Below are positions 1 through 8,441 of a DNA stretch of 53,473 bases, in pieces (position 1 is the stretch's first letter; every line of letters starts with the position of its first letter). The notes beneath the pieces were generated by a model, which searched no databases, was not told the origin of the DNA, and saw only the letters and a program-made list of their open reading frames with translations. The translations under genes were made by a program, and so were the position numbers. Origin of the DNA: Alphaproteobacteria bacterium. Its GTDB lineage: Bacteria; Pseudomonadota; Alphaproteobacteria; Rs-D84. The stretch is taken from positions 1 through 53,473 of the forward strand of contig JAFZHX010000038.1 of assembly GCA_017554665.1 (NCBI GenBank), given 5' to 3'.

Positions 1-112
1 GCTTTGGAGCTGGAGTTGGCGCTGGAACTGTATCCTTTACAACTGGCTTTGGAGCTGGAGTTGGCGCTGGAACTGTATCCTTTACAACTGGCTTTGGAGC
101 TGGAGTTGGCGC
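1..112. repeat. 45-bp tandem repeat, about 2.5 copies; coding, 15-aa unit PAPTPAPKPVVKDTV on the minus strand
   Basis: Positions 1-45 and 46-90 are identical, and 91-112 is a diverged partial copy. The period is a multiple of 3 and lies in frame within the 1..412 CDS. Confidence 0.9.
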
Positions 113-412
113 AGGTTTAGGAGTTGGCTTAACCTGTTTTTTGTTACCACAACCTCTTAGAACTATTTTTTTATCATTTTGTACAACAATATTATCTTCT
201 TCTACAACAACACTTGTTTCGCTTTCGACAGAAGAACCATTAGCAAAAATCACTGTATCGCCACTAACGACTTCGATTTTCGGCATTTTTGCTTCTTCTT
301 TTGACTGTACATAAGTATCAACAGAATACATATCTACACAAAACAATATAGTAAAAACAACCACAGAAACTGATGCTGTTATCAACGCAATATCTCTTAC
401 TTTATTAGCCAT
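1..412 (-). CDS. Membrane-anchored proline-rich repeat protein; 3' end runs off the window (TonB-like architecture only)
   Basis: This ORF is not in the ORF track because it has no in-window stop. Manual minus-strand translation from the ATG at 412, preceded by AAGGAT, gives MANKVRDIALITASVSVVVFTILFCVDMY... That is an N-terminal TM helix, followed by the PAPTPAPKPVVKDTV repeats. The frame stays open to position 1. Confidence 0.55.
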   Translation of the reverse strand, partial: MANKVRDIALITASVSVVVFTILFCVDMYSVDTYVQSKEEAKMPKIEVVSGDTVIFANGSSVESETSVVVEEDNIVVQNDKKIVLRGCGNKKQVKPTPKPAPTPAPKPVVKDTVPAPTPAPKPVVKDTVPAPTPAPK

Positions 413-499
413 AATTCAATCCTTTTGTTTAAATTACACTAAACAATATAGACAAATAACAGTATTTTGTCAAGCATTATTTAGCAATTGTTTTTTTCT

Positions 500-529
500 T
501 TGCACTACAGCCCCAAATTATGATATAAT
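500..529 (+). promoter_or_regulatory. Sigma70-like promoter with extended -10 for the Cys-rich operon
   Basis: TTGCAC (500-505), an 18-nt spacer containing TG at 521-522, then TATAAT (524-529). It lies about 20 nt upstream of the GAGAGA SD and the ATG at 549. Confidence 0.5.
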
Positions 530-548
530 CAGCTAGAACAGAGAGAAT

Positions 549-1409
549 ATGAAAGCACGACTATTATTTTTATCACTAATTATAACGGCCTATCCTGTAT
601 TATCAGATGCCGCGTCCAGTTGTTCACGCGCAAATCTCACAAAATGTTTAGATTCTGCCTGTGCGATTGGTATCTCTTCCAACCCGTCTGCGCGCTGTCA
701 ATACTGTGGTTCGACCAGTGCTGGCACACCTCCTAAAAACGTTATGAAAGCAATATCAGCCGGCGCATCTGCTAAATACAACATATCTGACAAAGATTTA
801 AAAAACGCTCCCAGCGATCCTGGCGAACGTTATGTGTGGGCAACAAAACAATGTATCGCCAAGGTTACAGGCTGCACACCTGACGATGTAACAGACACAT
901 ATGACAAGCTTATTGAACAGTCTTGTACAGCTGCTGGTGTTTCCGCAAAAATGGCAAAGTTGCAAGAAAAAGCAAAAAAGACCCGCACAAAATCCGACTG
1001 CGAATCGGAAATCACAGCTTGTTTAATAGAAGACAAGGCTTGCAGCTCTGATTATAGAAAATGCGAAGCGGATGCAAGCTTTAACAATTTCTTCTCGGCC
1101 TGTGGCGCCCAAGCTGCTGGTTGCGACAACTTTATATCAGAAATACGCGATGAATTAATCGCCGCTCGCGATAGCGCAATTAAGAACGCCGACAGCATAC
1201 TGGCAAAAATCGTTGCTTCATATCAGAACACGCGCGAAAACAAGCTAACCGAAACACTTAACGGTTGCCAAGACAACAAAAAATTCGACACCTGCGTAGA
1301 AACAGTATGTCAAAATAACATGCCAGACAAGTGCAACAGTCAGACAGAAAAAATCTCAGCTGCTCTGTTATGTAAATTCCACAAAACAGCTTGCGCTACT
1401 CTGGAATAA
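549..1409 (+). CDS. Secreted cysteine-rich protein A (286 aa), first gene of a 4-gene operon
   Basis: Signal peptide MKARLLFLSLIITAYPVLSDA. I counted about 20 Cys by eye. Motifs present are KCLDSAC and ACLIEDKACSSDYRKC, which are shared with the paralogs at 1434, 44903 and 47930. Confidence 0.85.
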   Translation: MKARLLFLSLIITAYPVLSDAASSCSRANLTKCLDSACAIGISSNPSARCQYCGSTSAGTPPKNVMKAISAGASAKYNISDKDLKNAPSDPGERYVWATKQCIAKVTGCTPDDVTDTYDKLIEQSCTAAGVSAKMAKLQEKAKKTRTKSDCESEITACLIEDKACSSDYRKCEADASFNNFFSACGAQAAGCDNFISEIRDELIAARDSAIKNADSILAKIVASYQNTRENKLTETLNGCQDNKKFDTCVETVCQNNMPDKCNSQTEKISAALLCKFHKTACATLE

Positions 1410-1433
1410 CGAAACAAAGGTAAAAACAAACAA

Positions 1434-3209
1434 ATGTCAAACGCATCAACAATTTTTAAAAGCAAATTCCTAACATCTATGTTTGGATGCCTGATTGCGT
1501 TATGCACATTATCGGTTTCACTAACAACAGCAAGAGCAGAAGATTATGACATCGCAATAAAGTCTTCTCAATTTGACGAAATATTAGGCGATTCAAACGA
1601 AGACACAACAACTGCAAGCGACAGCGCGCTTGCCGAAAAGATACGCAAACAGCGCGCCGCACTAAATGCCCAATCTGCCAAAGAAGCATCTACAAACAAG
1701 GCAAAATCAAGTGCTGCATCTGGCAAAAACGATTGCGACCAAAAATTACGCGCATGTATGAAGTCAAAATGTGGCGAAGATTACTCTAAATGTTCTGGCG
1801 ACACCGACACAACATGGGGCGACAAAATGGATACATGCCGTCGCGACACAACATGTACAGGTGAAGAATACAGACTATTCACAGCTGAAATCAAAGCCGA
1901 TCGCGACATGAATTCGAAATTATCATCATATACATCTATCATAGATTGCGGTGACAAATACAACGATTGCATAATAAAGGAATGCGGTCAAACATTTACA
2001 AAATGCCTCGGCAAATCAGCAGGCGACAAAGTTGTTCAAAAATGTTCAAAAATCGCCAACCAATGCAAAGAACAAGACAGCGGCCTTGCCTCACGCGCGA
2101 TGGAGGTATTTGCCAACCTGCGCCAAGAAGCAGAAAAATTAATCATACGCGATGAAAAGCGCTTATATGAATTACGCGACAAAATGCGCAACACATGCGA
2201 CCGTTTGGGTGCATTGTTTGACGAACGAACACTTGATTGTGTCTATAGTGTTGAATTATACGCAGGCGAAGACAACACCCTGCTTTCCTCCAAGAAAACA
2301 TATGCAGGTGGCACCTTTAATTGCCACCAAGACTGGTTCGGTGTTGATGTAACCACATTTAAAGAAAACGCATTCCGTCTAACTAAATCTCAAACATCCG
2401 CATCATCTGCAGCTTTGGGTGCAGGTGTTGGCGTTGGCGTTGGCGCATTAACATCTGGCGCACTTGATCGCGCCATAGACAGATCCAAATCTGAACGTGC
2501 ATTAGGCCAAGAACTGTGCGAATCAACTGGCGGCAAGTGGCAAAAAGCAATAAATAAATGTAAATGCGAAAGCACAAAGTCATTTGACGAAGAAACAGGT
2601 TGCCAAACAGACGACAAAAAAACAGAAAAAGAAGAAAATAAAAAATCGCGCGACAAGCAGAAAGAAGATAAAGCTAACGATAAAAACGCAAAGAAAGAAC
2701 TATGCGAACAAGCCGGCAAATGGGTTGGCGCTGTATGTTACTGCAACGATAAAACACATTCTTTTGACGATGTAAATGGTTGCACCGAAAACGCAAACAA
2801 GAAAAAGAGAGCTGACAACAAAGCAGAAAGACAAGAACAAAACGAATTAAACAAACTCAAAAAAAACAGCCAAGCTGAACAAGAGGCGCGTGACAAAAAA
2901 CTGTGCGAACTTAACGGCAAAGGAAAATGGAAGAACGGCACTTGCAAATGCACAACAGAAGGCGAAACTTACGACAAAGGCTCTGGCATTTGCACATCCG
3001 CACACAACACAGAACGTAAAGAAAACACAAAAGAAGATCAAGCTTCTATTGACAGAAAAAAACAATTATGTGATACATATAACGGCAAATGGACAGGCAA
3101 TACATGCGACTGTGGCGTTGGCAAAGACTGGGATGACAAGCTTAATATGTGCAAAAATAAATTTGCTGACATGAAAATAGAAGCGCCTGAAATAAAATTA
3201 TCACTATAA
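1434..3209 (+). CDS. Secreted cysteine-rich modular protein B (591 aa)
   Basis: It starts 24 nt after gene A. It has a signal/anchor sequence ending ARA|ED and the motifs ACMKSKCGEDYSKC and DCIIKECGQTFTKC. A glycine-zipper-like segment ALGAGVGVGVGALTSGAL follows. The C-terminus has four 4-Cys Trp-containing modules separated by K/E-rich linkers. Confidence 0.85.
   Translation: MSNASTIFKSKFLTSMFGCLIALCTLSVSLTTARAEDYDIAIKSSQFDEILGDSNEDTTTASDSALAEKIRKQRAALNAQSAKEASTNKAKSSAASGKNDCDQKLRACMKSKCGEDYSKCSGDTDTTWGDKMDTCRRDTTCTGEEYRLFTAEIKADRDMNSKLSSYTSIIDCGDKYNDCIIKECGQTFTKCLGKSAGDKVVQKCSKIANQCKEQDSGLASRAMEVFANLRQEAEKLIIRDEKRLYELRDKMRNTCDRLGALFDERTLDCVYSVELYAGEDNTLLSSKKTYAGGTFNCHQDWFGVDVTTFKENAFRLTKSQTSASSAALGAGVGVGVGALTSGALDRAIDRSKSERALGQELCESTGGKWQKAINKCKCESTKSFDEETGCQTDDKKTEKEENKKSRDKQKEDKANDKNAKKELCEQAGKWVGAVCYCNDKTHSFDDVNGCTENANKKKRADNKAERQEQNELNKLKKNSQAEQEARDKKLCELNGKGKWKNGTCKCTTEGETYDKGSGICTSAHNTERKENTKEDQASIDRKKQLCDTYNGKWTGNTCDCGVGKDWDDKLNMCKNKFADMKIEAPEIKLSL
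2511..3165 (+). repeat. Four copies of a roughly 30-aa 4-Cys module (C-x6-8-W-x4-6-C-x-C-x8-11-C) with charged linkers, coding
   Basis: The four copies are LCESTGGKWQKAINKCKCESTKSFDEETGC, LCEQAGKWVGAVCYCNDKTHSFDDVNGC, LCELNGKGKWKNGTCKCTTEGETYDKGSGIC and LCDTYNGKWTGNTCDCGVGKDWDDKLNMC. Confidence 0.85.
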
Positions 3210-3262
3210 CTGTCTAAGTAAAAATAGCTTATACACATTTCAAAACACCGCACAATAAGCGC

Positions 3263-3291
3263 TTGCACAAACATCAAAAAAATGCTAAAAT
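3263..3291 (+). promoter_or_regulatory. Possible internal promoter upstream of gene C
   Basis: TTGCAC (3263-3268), a 17-nt spacer with TGC, then TAAAAT (3286-3291). It sits in the 108-nt gap before the GTG start at 3318, which is preceded by AGAGAGA. Confidence 0.4.
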
Positions 3292-3317
3292 CATCTATAA
3301 TAGAGAGAAACTAAATC

Positions 3318-5192
3318 GTGTATCGTTTTTTGAATATTTTTATCGCATTAACATTATTTGCCCTGCCCGCATTCGGCGCTGCATATGCTACTACCTCTAC
3401 AAAAAAAGAAGAACCAGCAAAATCTGAAAATCAAGAATTTATATTCAAAGTCTCTGGTAAATTCATCGGTTACACAGGCTTGGATCCATCGGGGCTTAGT
3501 GTAAAAATCATTTCCCCAAAAAATTGTGTATTTATAGCACACAGGCAACAAATAATGAATCAGCTACCAGGTGCCTTAATTAACGACAGTATCTCATGCC
3601 CTACTGGTACAGCCAGTATTACACTGGAATTCAACATAGACAATAAAGGTAATGTCACTCACAAATACCAGATAAACAAAGCCAGCAAAATGGCCACTAT
3701 CAAGCTGTCCAAAACTAAAAAGAATTATAAGTTATCGGACATTGTATTAGAACCACTAACAGCTAGCTCGAAAGCACTGGAAGCAGCAAAAGCAAACAAA
3801 CCATCAGCGAACAACGCAAAATCAGCAACAACTACTGTCGGTCAAAAACCAAACAGCACAGTAAAACAAGAACAAACAACTAAAGAAAAATCAGGATCAG
3901 ACAAGACAGCAGAAACAGTTGTTCGCAACAATGAAATAGCAGATACAACACTTTTGTTAAATCCTGACGATACTTCTCCTTTCTCTGCTAACAGTGATGC
4001 CGATAATAACAAAGACGAAGACAAAGACACAAAGGTAGCACCTGCTCCTCAGGAAAAACAATCAACAGCTTCAACTGGTGGATATGAAGAAACTGATGCA
4101 GGAACCAAAGCAACATTAGAAACAAACGGTTTAAAAAAGTTTTGCTCGGATGAAGGTTATATAACAACAGACTCTTCTTCTGTCTATGGTATAGTAAAAG
4201 CAAATTGTAAAAAAGATACAAAAAGCGAAATAACATTTGTTTGCTACAAGTACAAAGCCGTCGCAATACCAAAACAAGCAATTAGCAAACACTTTGCAAA
4301 CTATTGTTTTAAAAAAGAAACAAATTCTGTAAAGTTTGAAACAGCAAATCGACCAAGCACTCATAGCAAAGGGAAAAAATGTCCAAATGTTACACCAGCT
4401 TGGAAAAAACAAAACAACGCTAATGCCGGCGCATGCGACCCACAAACTGGCGAACTATATATAACAGAATGTAAAGCTGATTATGTCGGCACAACTCGCG
4501 GTATCAGCAAAGACGGATACAAGTCCTGTAATTCAACTTCAAACACAACAGGAAACAATGATAACGAATTGAAAAAATTGTGCACAAAAGGCGGTGCTGG
4601 CTCTTGGGAAAACGATAACTGTATCTGCAAAAATACAACACATTCTTTTGACTCTGAGAAAGGCTGTGTCCAAGACAACGAAAAAACAGAAGAATTAAAG
4701 AAAAAATGTACCACTCCAAACACTTGGAATGAAAAACTGAAACAGTGTGAGTGCGAAAACAAAAAACAAAAATTTGACGAAAAAGCTGGAAAATGTGTTG
4801 ATACAGACGCAGAAACAGAAACAAACAACAATGACGGATCAGAAGCATTGTGTACAAAGGACGGTGCTGGCTCTTGGGCAGACGGCAAATGCACATGCAC
4901 AGACGAAACACATTCTTTCGACTCCAAGAAAGGCTGTATCCTGGACAAAAAGAAAGCAAAAGCTAAAAAAACAGAAGACTTAAAAAACAAGTGCAAAGCT
5001 CCAAACACTTGGAACGAAAAACTGAAAAAATGTAAGTGCGAAAACAAAAAACAAGAATTTGACGAAGAAGCTGGAACTTGCGTTGATGTAGCTGCTGATT
5101 ATAAAAACGCAGTTTCAAAACTGGAACAGCTTAAACAACAGCTGGATACAAAATTGGAAGAATTAAATAAAGAAGATGGCGAAAACGAATAA
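3318..5192 (+). CDS. Secreted cysteine-rich modular protein C (624 aa, GTG start)
   Basis: Signal peptide MYRFLNIFIALTLFALPAFGAAYA. It has a Ser/Thr/Lys/Asp-rich spacer, a Cys-rich middle region, and four copies of the 4-Cys W module also seen in gene B. The tail is coiled-coil-like (LEQLKQQLDTKLEELNKE). Confidence 0.85.
   Translation: MYRFLNIFIALTLFALPAFGAAYATTSTKKEEPAKSENQEFIFKVSGKFIGYTGLDPSGLSVKIISPKNCVFIAHRQQIMNQLPGALINDSISCPTGTASITLEFNIDNKGNVTHKYQINKASKMATIKLSKTKKNYKLSDIVLEPLTASSKALEAAKANKPSANNAKSATTTVGQKPNSTVKQEQTTKEKSGSDKTAETVVRNNEIADTTLLLNPDDTSPFSANSDADNNKDEDKDTKVAPAPQEKQSTASTGGYEETDAGTKATLETNGLKKFCSDEGYITTDSSSVYGIVKANCKKDTKSEITFVCYKYKAVAIPKQAISKHFANYCFKKETNSVKFETANRPSTHSKGKKCPNVTPAWKKQNNANAGACDPQTGELYITECKADYVGTTRGISKDGYKSCNSTSNTTGNNDNELKKLCTKGGAGSWENDNCICKNTTHSFDSEKGCVQDNEKTEELKKKCTTPNTWNEKLKQCECENKKQKFDEKAGKCVDTDAETETNNNDGSEALCTKDGAGSWADGKCTCTDETHSFDSKKGCILDKKKAKAKKTEDLKNKCKAPNTWNEKLKKCKCENKKQEFDEEAGTCVDVAADYKNAVSKLEQLKQQLDTKLEELNKEDGENE
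4575..5090 (+). repeat. Internal tandem duplication of about 270-285 bp, each unit encoding two 4-Cys modules
   Basis: ggtgctggctcttggg occurs at 4593 and 4863, and ccaaacacttggaa at 4716 and 5001. At protein level, LCTKGGAGSWENDNCICKNTTHSFDSEKGC plus KCTTPNTWNEKLKQCECENKKQKFDEKAGKC is duplicated as LCTKDGAGSWADGKCTCTDETHSFDSKKGC plus KCKAPNTWNEKLKKCKCENKKQEFDEEAGTC. Confidence 0.9.
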
Positions 5193-5204
5193 AAAGCATA
5201 ATAA

Positions 5205-7097
5205 ATGAAAAAACTGTTTATAACATCTTTACTAACAATATTAACTTTACCTGCATTTGCAGAAAATGCGGCTAACCCTTTTGATAATGCTACAACAAAA
5301 GAAGAAGCTTGGACAATCTTTGAAGATAAAGCTTCGGCTATTTTAAAAGAATCTAAAGCAAAGTTGAAAAATTCTGAATATTCCAAATTGGAAAAACAGT
5401 ATAAAAATATGCTTGAAGACAAAAACGAAAAAACAAGCAAAAAAGATAAAAAGAAAAAAGACGAAGAACAAAATAAAAAGAAGTTATCGCCAGAAGAACA
5501 AGAACAAAAAATCTCGGAACTGCGCGACAATGCCGAAGCCATGAAGGAAAAAGAACAGTCCTTTGAAAACAAAGCGTTGGGTGCAGCAGCTATTGGCACA
5601 ACTGGTATGGGCGCGATGGAGCTAGCATCCGGACTTGCAGAAAAAACTGCAGACGAAGATGCAGAACGTTCAATGAAGGCTTATCTTGCTACATTTACTT
5701 GCAAATATGGCGACAAACGCGTCAAAGGCGGCACAATGAATGTAGAACTGCCTGGCGGAAACGAACTGATTAACCTGTACAGCGAATATGTAACATTAGC
5801 AAATGATTTGAAAGTTCGTAAAAACGCACTGGGCATGTTGCCAGGTATTGAGTCAGAATCTATCTTGGACAAATCTACAAGTGGATTGTATGACGATGTA
5901 AATATTGGTAAAACAGGTGGCGCATATACATCTTTGGCTCGCGCACTGATGGACCCAACTGGCGAAGATGCACAAAAATGGAATGCAGAAAAACAAGCTT
6001 CTGCTGACAAGGTGAAAAAAGGCGCAACAGCTGCTGGCCTTGGCGCAATTGGTGGCTTGATTGGAAACTTGGCTATCAATGGAAAATCTCCAAAAGAACG
6101 CTCGGAAGAAATAAATAAAAAATATGAACCTTTGAAAAAAGAATTCACAGAAGTTCAAGAAGAAATAGAAGAAAAACACAAAGAAAAACTCACCAAAGAA
6201 ACTTGCGCCAAATATGACGCAGTCGGTGAAAATATCGAAAGCAGTTGCTCTTGCTCTGATGAAAACAGTTATTGGGATTCTAACAATATACAATGCACAT
6301 CTTGTGAAGAAGATCAGATTGTTAACGAAGACAAAACAAGCTGCATACCAAAACCTGGACCAAGTTGCGAATTACAACCCGGCAATTTAACAGATGAAAA
6401 TTGCGCATGTATAAACGAAGCTGAAAAAGATGAAAATAATGCTTGTGTTTGTAATTTAACTGGCACATTTAATGCAAACTCATGCGAATGCAACGAACAT
6501 TCAACTAAGAATGGTAACGCATGTGCATGCGATTCGAATTACAAGCCTGACCCAAAAGCTCCTACTACTTGCATTCCAGAAGTAGCCGAAGTAGTAGCTG
6601 CTGAAGAACCAATACAAACATTCTCTTTCCCTTCGGATACATTCTTTGATGTTGGCAAAGCTACACTAAAAGACGATGCAGGTAGCCTGCTTAAAAAAAT
6701 AACAGATGTGATAAAACAAAAATATCCAGATAAAGCTGCTGAAATACTTGCATCATCATGCTTTACAATCAACGGATATGCAGACAGAACCGGCAATTAC
6801 AAAAAAAATCAAACCTTATCTGAAAGCCGCGCTCACTCGGTTGCAAAAGCATTGGTTACAGCTTCTGGTGGCAAGATAACAAACAATAGCTATGTAGTAT
6901 CTGGCAAAGGCGATACAGAATGCACAAGAACAGATTATCCAAAAAAAGCAGACCTCGCAAAATGTCGTCGTGTTGACATAGTGCTAAACTCAGGTTCTTG
7001 TTCCGCCCCTGTCGCAGAATCAGGCGATGGTGCAGCCAATAAAGCAAACACAATAGAAACAGCCACAAAAGTAGTGACAGGCATAATAAAAAAATAA
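5205..7097 (+). CDS. Secreted modular protein D (630 aa): K/E-rich coiled region, glycine-zipper segments, CxC-rich module, C-terminal OmpA-type peptidoglycan-binding domain
   Basis: It starts 12 nt after gene C. Signal peptide MKKLFITSLLTILTLPAFA. Glycine-zipper-like segments are ALGAAAIGTTGMGAMELASGLA and ATAAGLGAIGGLIGNLAI. CxC motifs occur repeatedly (CSC, CAC, CVC, CEC, CAC). The C-terminus carries the OmpA_C hallmarks FFDVGKATL, INGYADRTGNYKKNQTLSESRAHSVAKAL, SGKGD and CRRVDIVL. Confidence 0.85.
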   Translation: MKKLFITSLLTILTLPAFAENAANPFDNATTKEEAWTIFEDKASAILKESKAKLKNSEYSKLEKQYKNMLEDKNEKTSKKDKKKKDEEQNKKKLSPEEQEQKISELRDNAEAMKEKEQSFENKALGAAAIGTTGMGAMELASGLAEKTADEDAERSMKAYLATFTCKYGDKRVKGGTMNVELPGGNELINLYSEYVTLANDLKVRKNALGMLPGIESESILDKSTSGLYDDVNIGKTGGAYTSLARALMDPTGEDAQKWNAEKQASADKVKKGATAAGLGAIGGLIGNLAINGKSPKERSEEINKKYEPLKKEFTEVQEEIEEKHKEKLTKETCAKYDAVGENIESSCSCSDENSYWDSNNIQCTSCEEDQIVNEDKTSCIPKPGPSCELQPGNLTDENCACINEAEKDENNACVCNLTGTFNANSCECNEHSTKNGNACACDSNYKPDPKAPTTCIPEVAEVVAAEEPIQTFSFPSDTFFDVGKATLKDDAGSLLKKITDVIKQKYPDKAAEILASSCFTINGYADRTGNYKKNQTLSESRAHSVAKALVTASGGKITNNSYVVSGKGDTECTRTDYPKKADLAKCRRVDIVLNSGSCSAPVAESGDGAANKANTIETATKVVTGIIKK

Positions 7098-7127
7098 AAA
7101 AATCCCCAATTTGGGGATTTTTATTTT
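7098..7127. terminator. Bidirectional rho-independent terminator (operon A-D / grpE)
   Basis: aaaaaatcccc-aattt-ggggatttttatttt. An A-run and a T-run flank a GC stem, and the element lies between convergent genes. Confidence 0.8.
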
Positions 7128-7636
7128 GCAACAATAACCATCGCACTTCGCAAAACAGTATCACCAAACAGATATCCCGCTTGCATCTCTTCTACAATAA
7201 TATTCGAACCGTGTTCTGCTGATTCAATTACTTGAATTGCGTTATGATAATTCGGATTTAACTGTTGTCCAACAGAAGCAATCCTTGTTATACCAATATC
7301 ATTAAATGCAGATTCCAAAGCCATAGACATAGATTTAATACCTTCGTCATCTGGACTATGCTTCAAAGCCATATCAACCGCATCCATAACAGGCAAAATC
7401 TTTTGCGCAACAGACATTGCACGATGTCTGGCACGCGATTCTGCATCCAGCGCACTGCGACGACGCGTATTTTCCAATTCAGCAGCTAAACGCAAATATT
7501 TATCGTTCATATCTGCCAGTAGCGATTTTAACTGTTCTACTTCAGAATTTTGTTCGCTTGCATCAACATCTGCTACATTTTCTGCGTCTTTGATTGATAC
7601 TTCTTCTACTTTTACTTCTTTTTTTTCGTCTGTCAT
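7121..7636 (-). CDS. grpE: Nucleotide exchange factor GrpE
   Basis: LKSLLADMNDKYLRLAAELENTRRRS and a C-terminal beta domain (GYLFGDTVLRSAMVIV) are typical of GrpE. Confidence 0.92.
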   Translation of the reverse strand: MTDEKKEVKVEEVSIKDAENVADVDASEQNSEVEQLKSLLADMNDKYLRLAAELENTRRRSALDAESRARHRAMSVAQKILPVMDAVDMALKHSPDDEGIKSMSMALESAFNDIGITRIASVGQQLNPNYHNAIQVIESAEHGSNIIVEEMQAGYLFGDTVLRSAMVIVAK

Positions 7637-7668
7637 AATCTATATCCATATTTTTTTACACTATAAAA

Positions 7669-8373
7669 CTATTTTACACTGATTATTATAGGTATGAAAT
7701 CATCGCTTTTCAAGGACGCACCTCCAACCAATACACCATCAACATGTGGTATCGACATTATCGCCAATGCATTAGCCCCCTTTACCGATGCCCCATATAA
7801 TATAGGAGTGCCACCCAACCCCATACTATACAATGTTTTTGCAATCAAAGTATGAACTTCAGCAATTTCTGCATCCGTAGGTGTAATCCCTGCTCCAATC
7901 GCCCAACGAGGTTCATAAGCAATTATAATATCAGACTTAACATCTACTGGCACAGACTCACGAACACCAGACTCTATTATTTCCATAGTTTTTCCAGCCT
8001 GTTTTTCTTCCATTGTTTCGCCAACACATATAATAGGTGTTAAACCGTTTGCCAGAGCCAAAGCTGCTTTGGCGCAAACAGTTGCATTTGTGTCCCCATG
8101 ATAAGCACGACATTCGCTATGTCCAACCAAAGTATATTTCGCACCACACGCAGCAACCATTGATGCAGATACTTCACCAGTATAGGCCCCGCGTTCATAT
8201 TGGCTTACATCTTGCGCCCCCAAAGCTATACAGCCAGACTCTGTACATAACATAGTATAAGGCACACATAAAATTACTTTGTTTTGTGTTTCCAAAGACG
8301 ACAAATCTTTTATCATCTGATTTAAATTTTCATGTGAACCATTCATCTTCCAATTACCAGCTATAATTTTCAT
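7669..8373 (-). CDS. tpiA: Triosephosphate isomerase
   Basis: MKIIAGNWKMNG, GAYTGEVS, VGHSECR and AYEPRWAIG are present. I moved the start to the ATG at 8373, which is preceded by GGGGAA; the ORF track extends to 8430. Confidence 0.93.
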   Translation of the reverse strand: MKIIAGNWKMNGSHENLNQMIKDLSSLETQNKVILCVPYTMLCTESGCIALGAQDVSQYERGAYTGEVSASMVAACGAKYTLVGHSECRAYHGDTNATVCAKAALALANGLTPIICVGETMEEKQAGKTMEIIESGVRESVPVDVKSDIIIAYEPRWAIGAGITPTDAEIAEVHTLIAKTLYSMGLGGTPILYGASVKGANALAIMSIPHVDGVLVGGASLKSDDFIPIIISVK

Positions 8374-8441
8374 GAATTTTCCCCTTTTTTTCGTTGCTTT
8401 TATATAATTTGTTTTGCTATGGTAACGCAAAAGGGGAACAA

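Noticed and set aside
4481-5047. A 188-aa minus-strand ORF, and the overlapping 151-aa ORF at 4504..4959, antisense to gene C
   Set aside because: These are shadow ORFs created by the repetitive K/E/C codon usage of the plus-strand gene. They have no SD, their composition is Phe/Ser/Leu-rich nonsense, and they are fully embedded in a gene with strong coding evidence.
8374-8441. N-terminal extensions given in the ORF track for tpiA, the ppiD-like gene, nrdR, ccrM, eno, tsf, rpsB, the YgiW-like gene and the giant autotransporter
   Set aside because: In each case an internal ATG preceded by a clear SD matches the conserved family N-terminus or the signal peptide. The extensions would also overlap the neighbouring gene or promoter.
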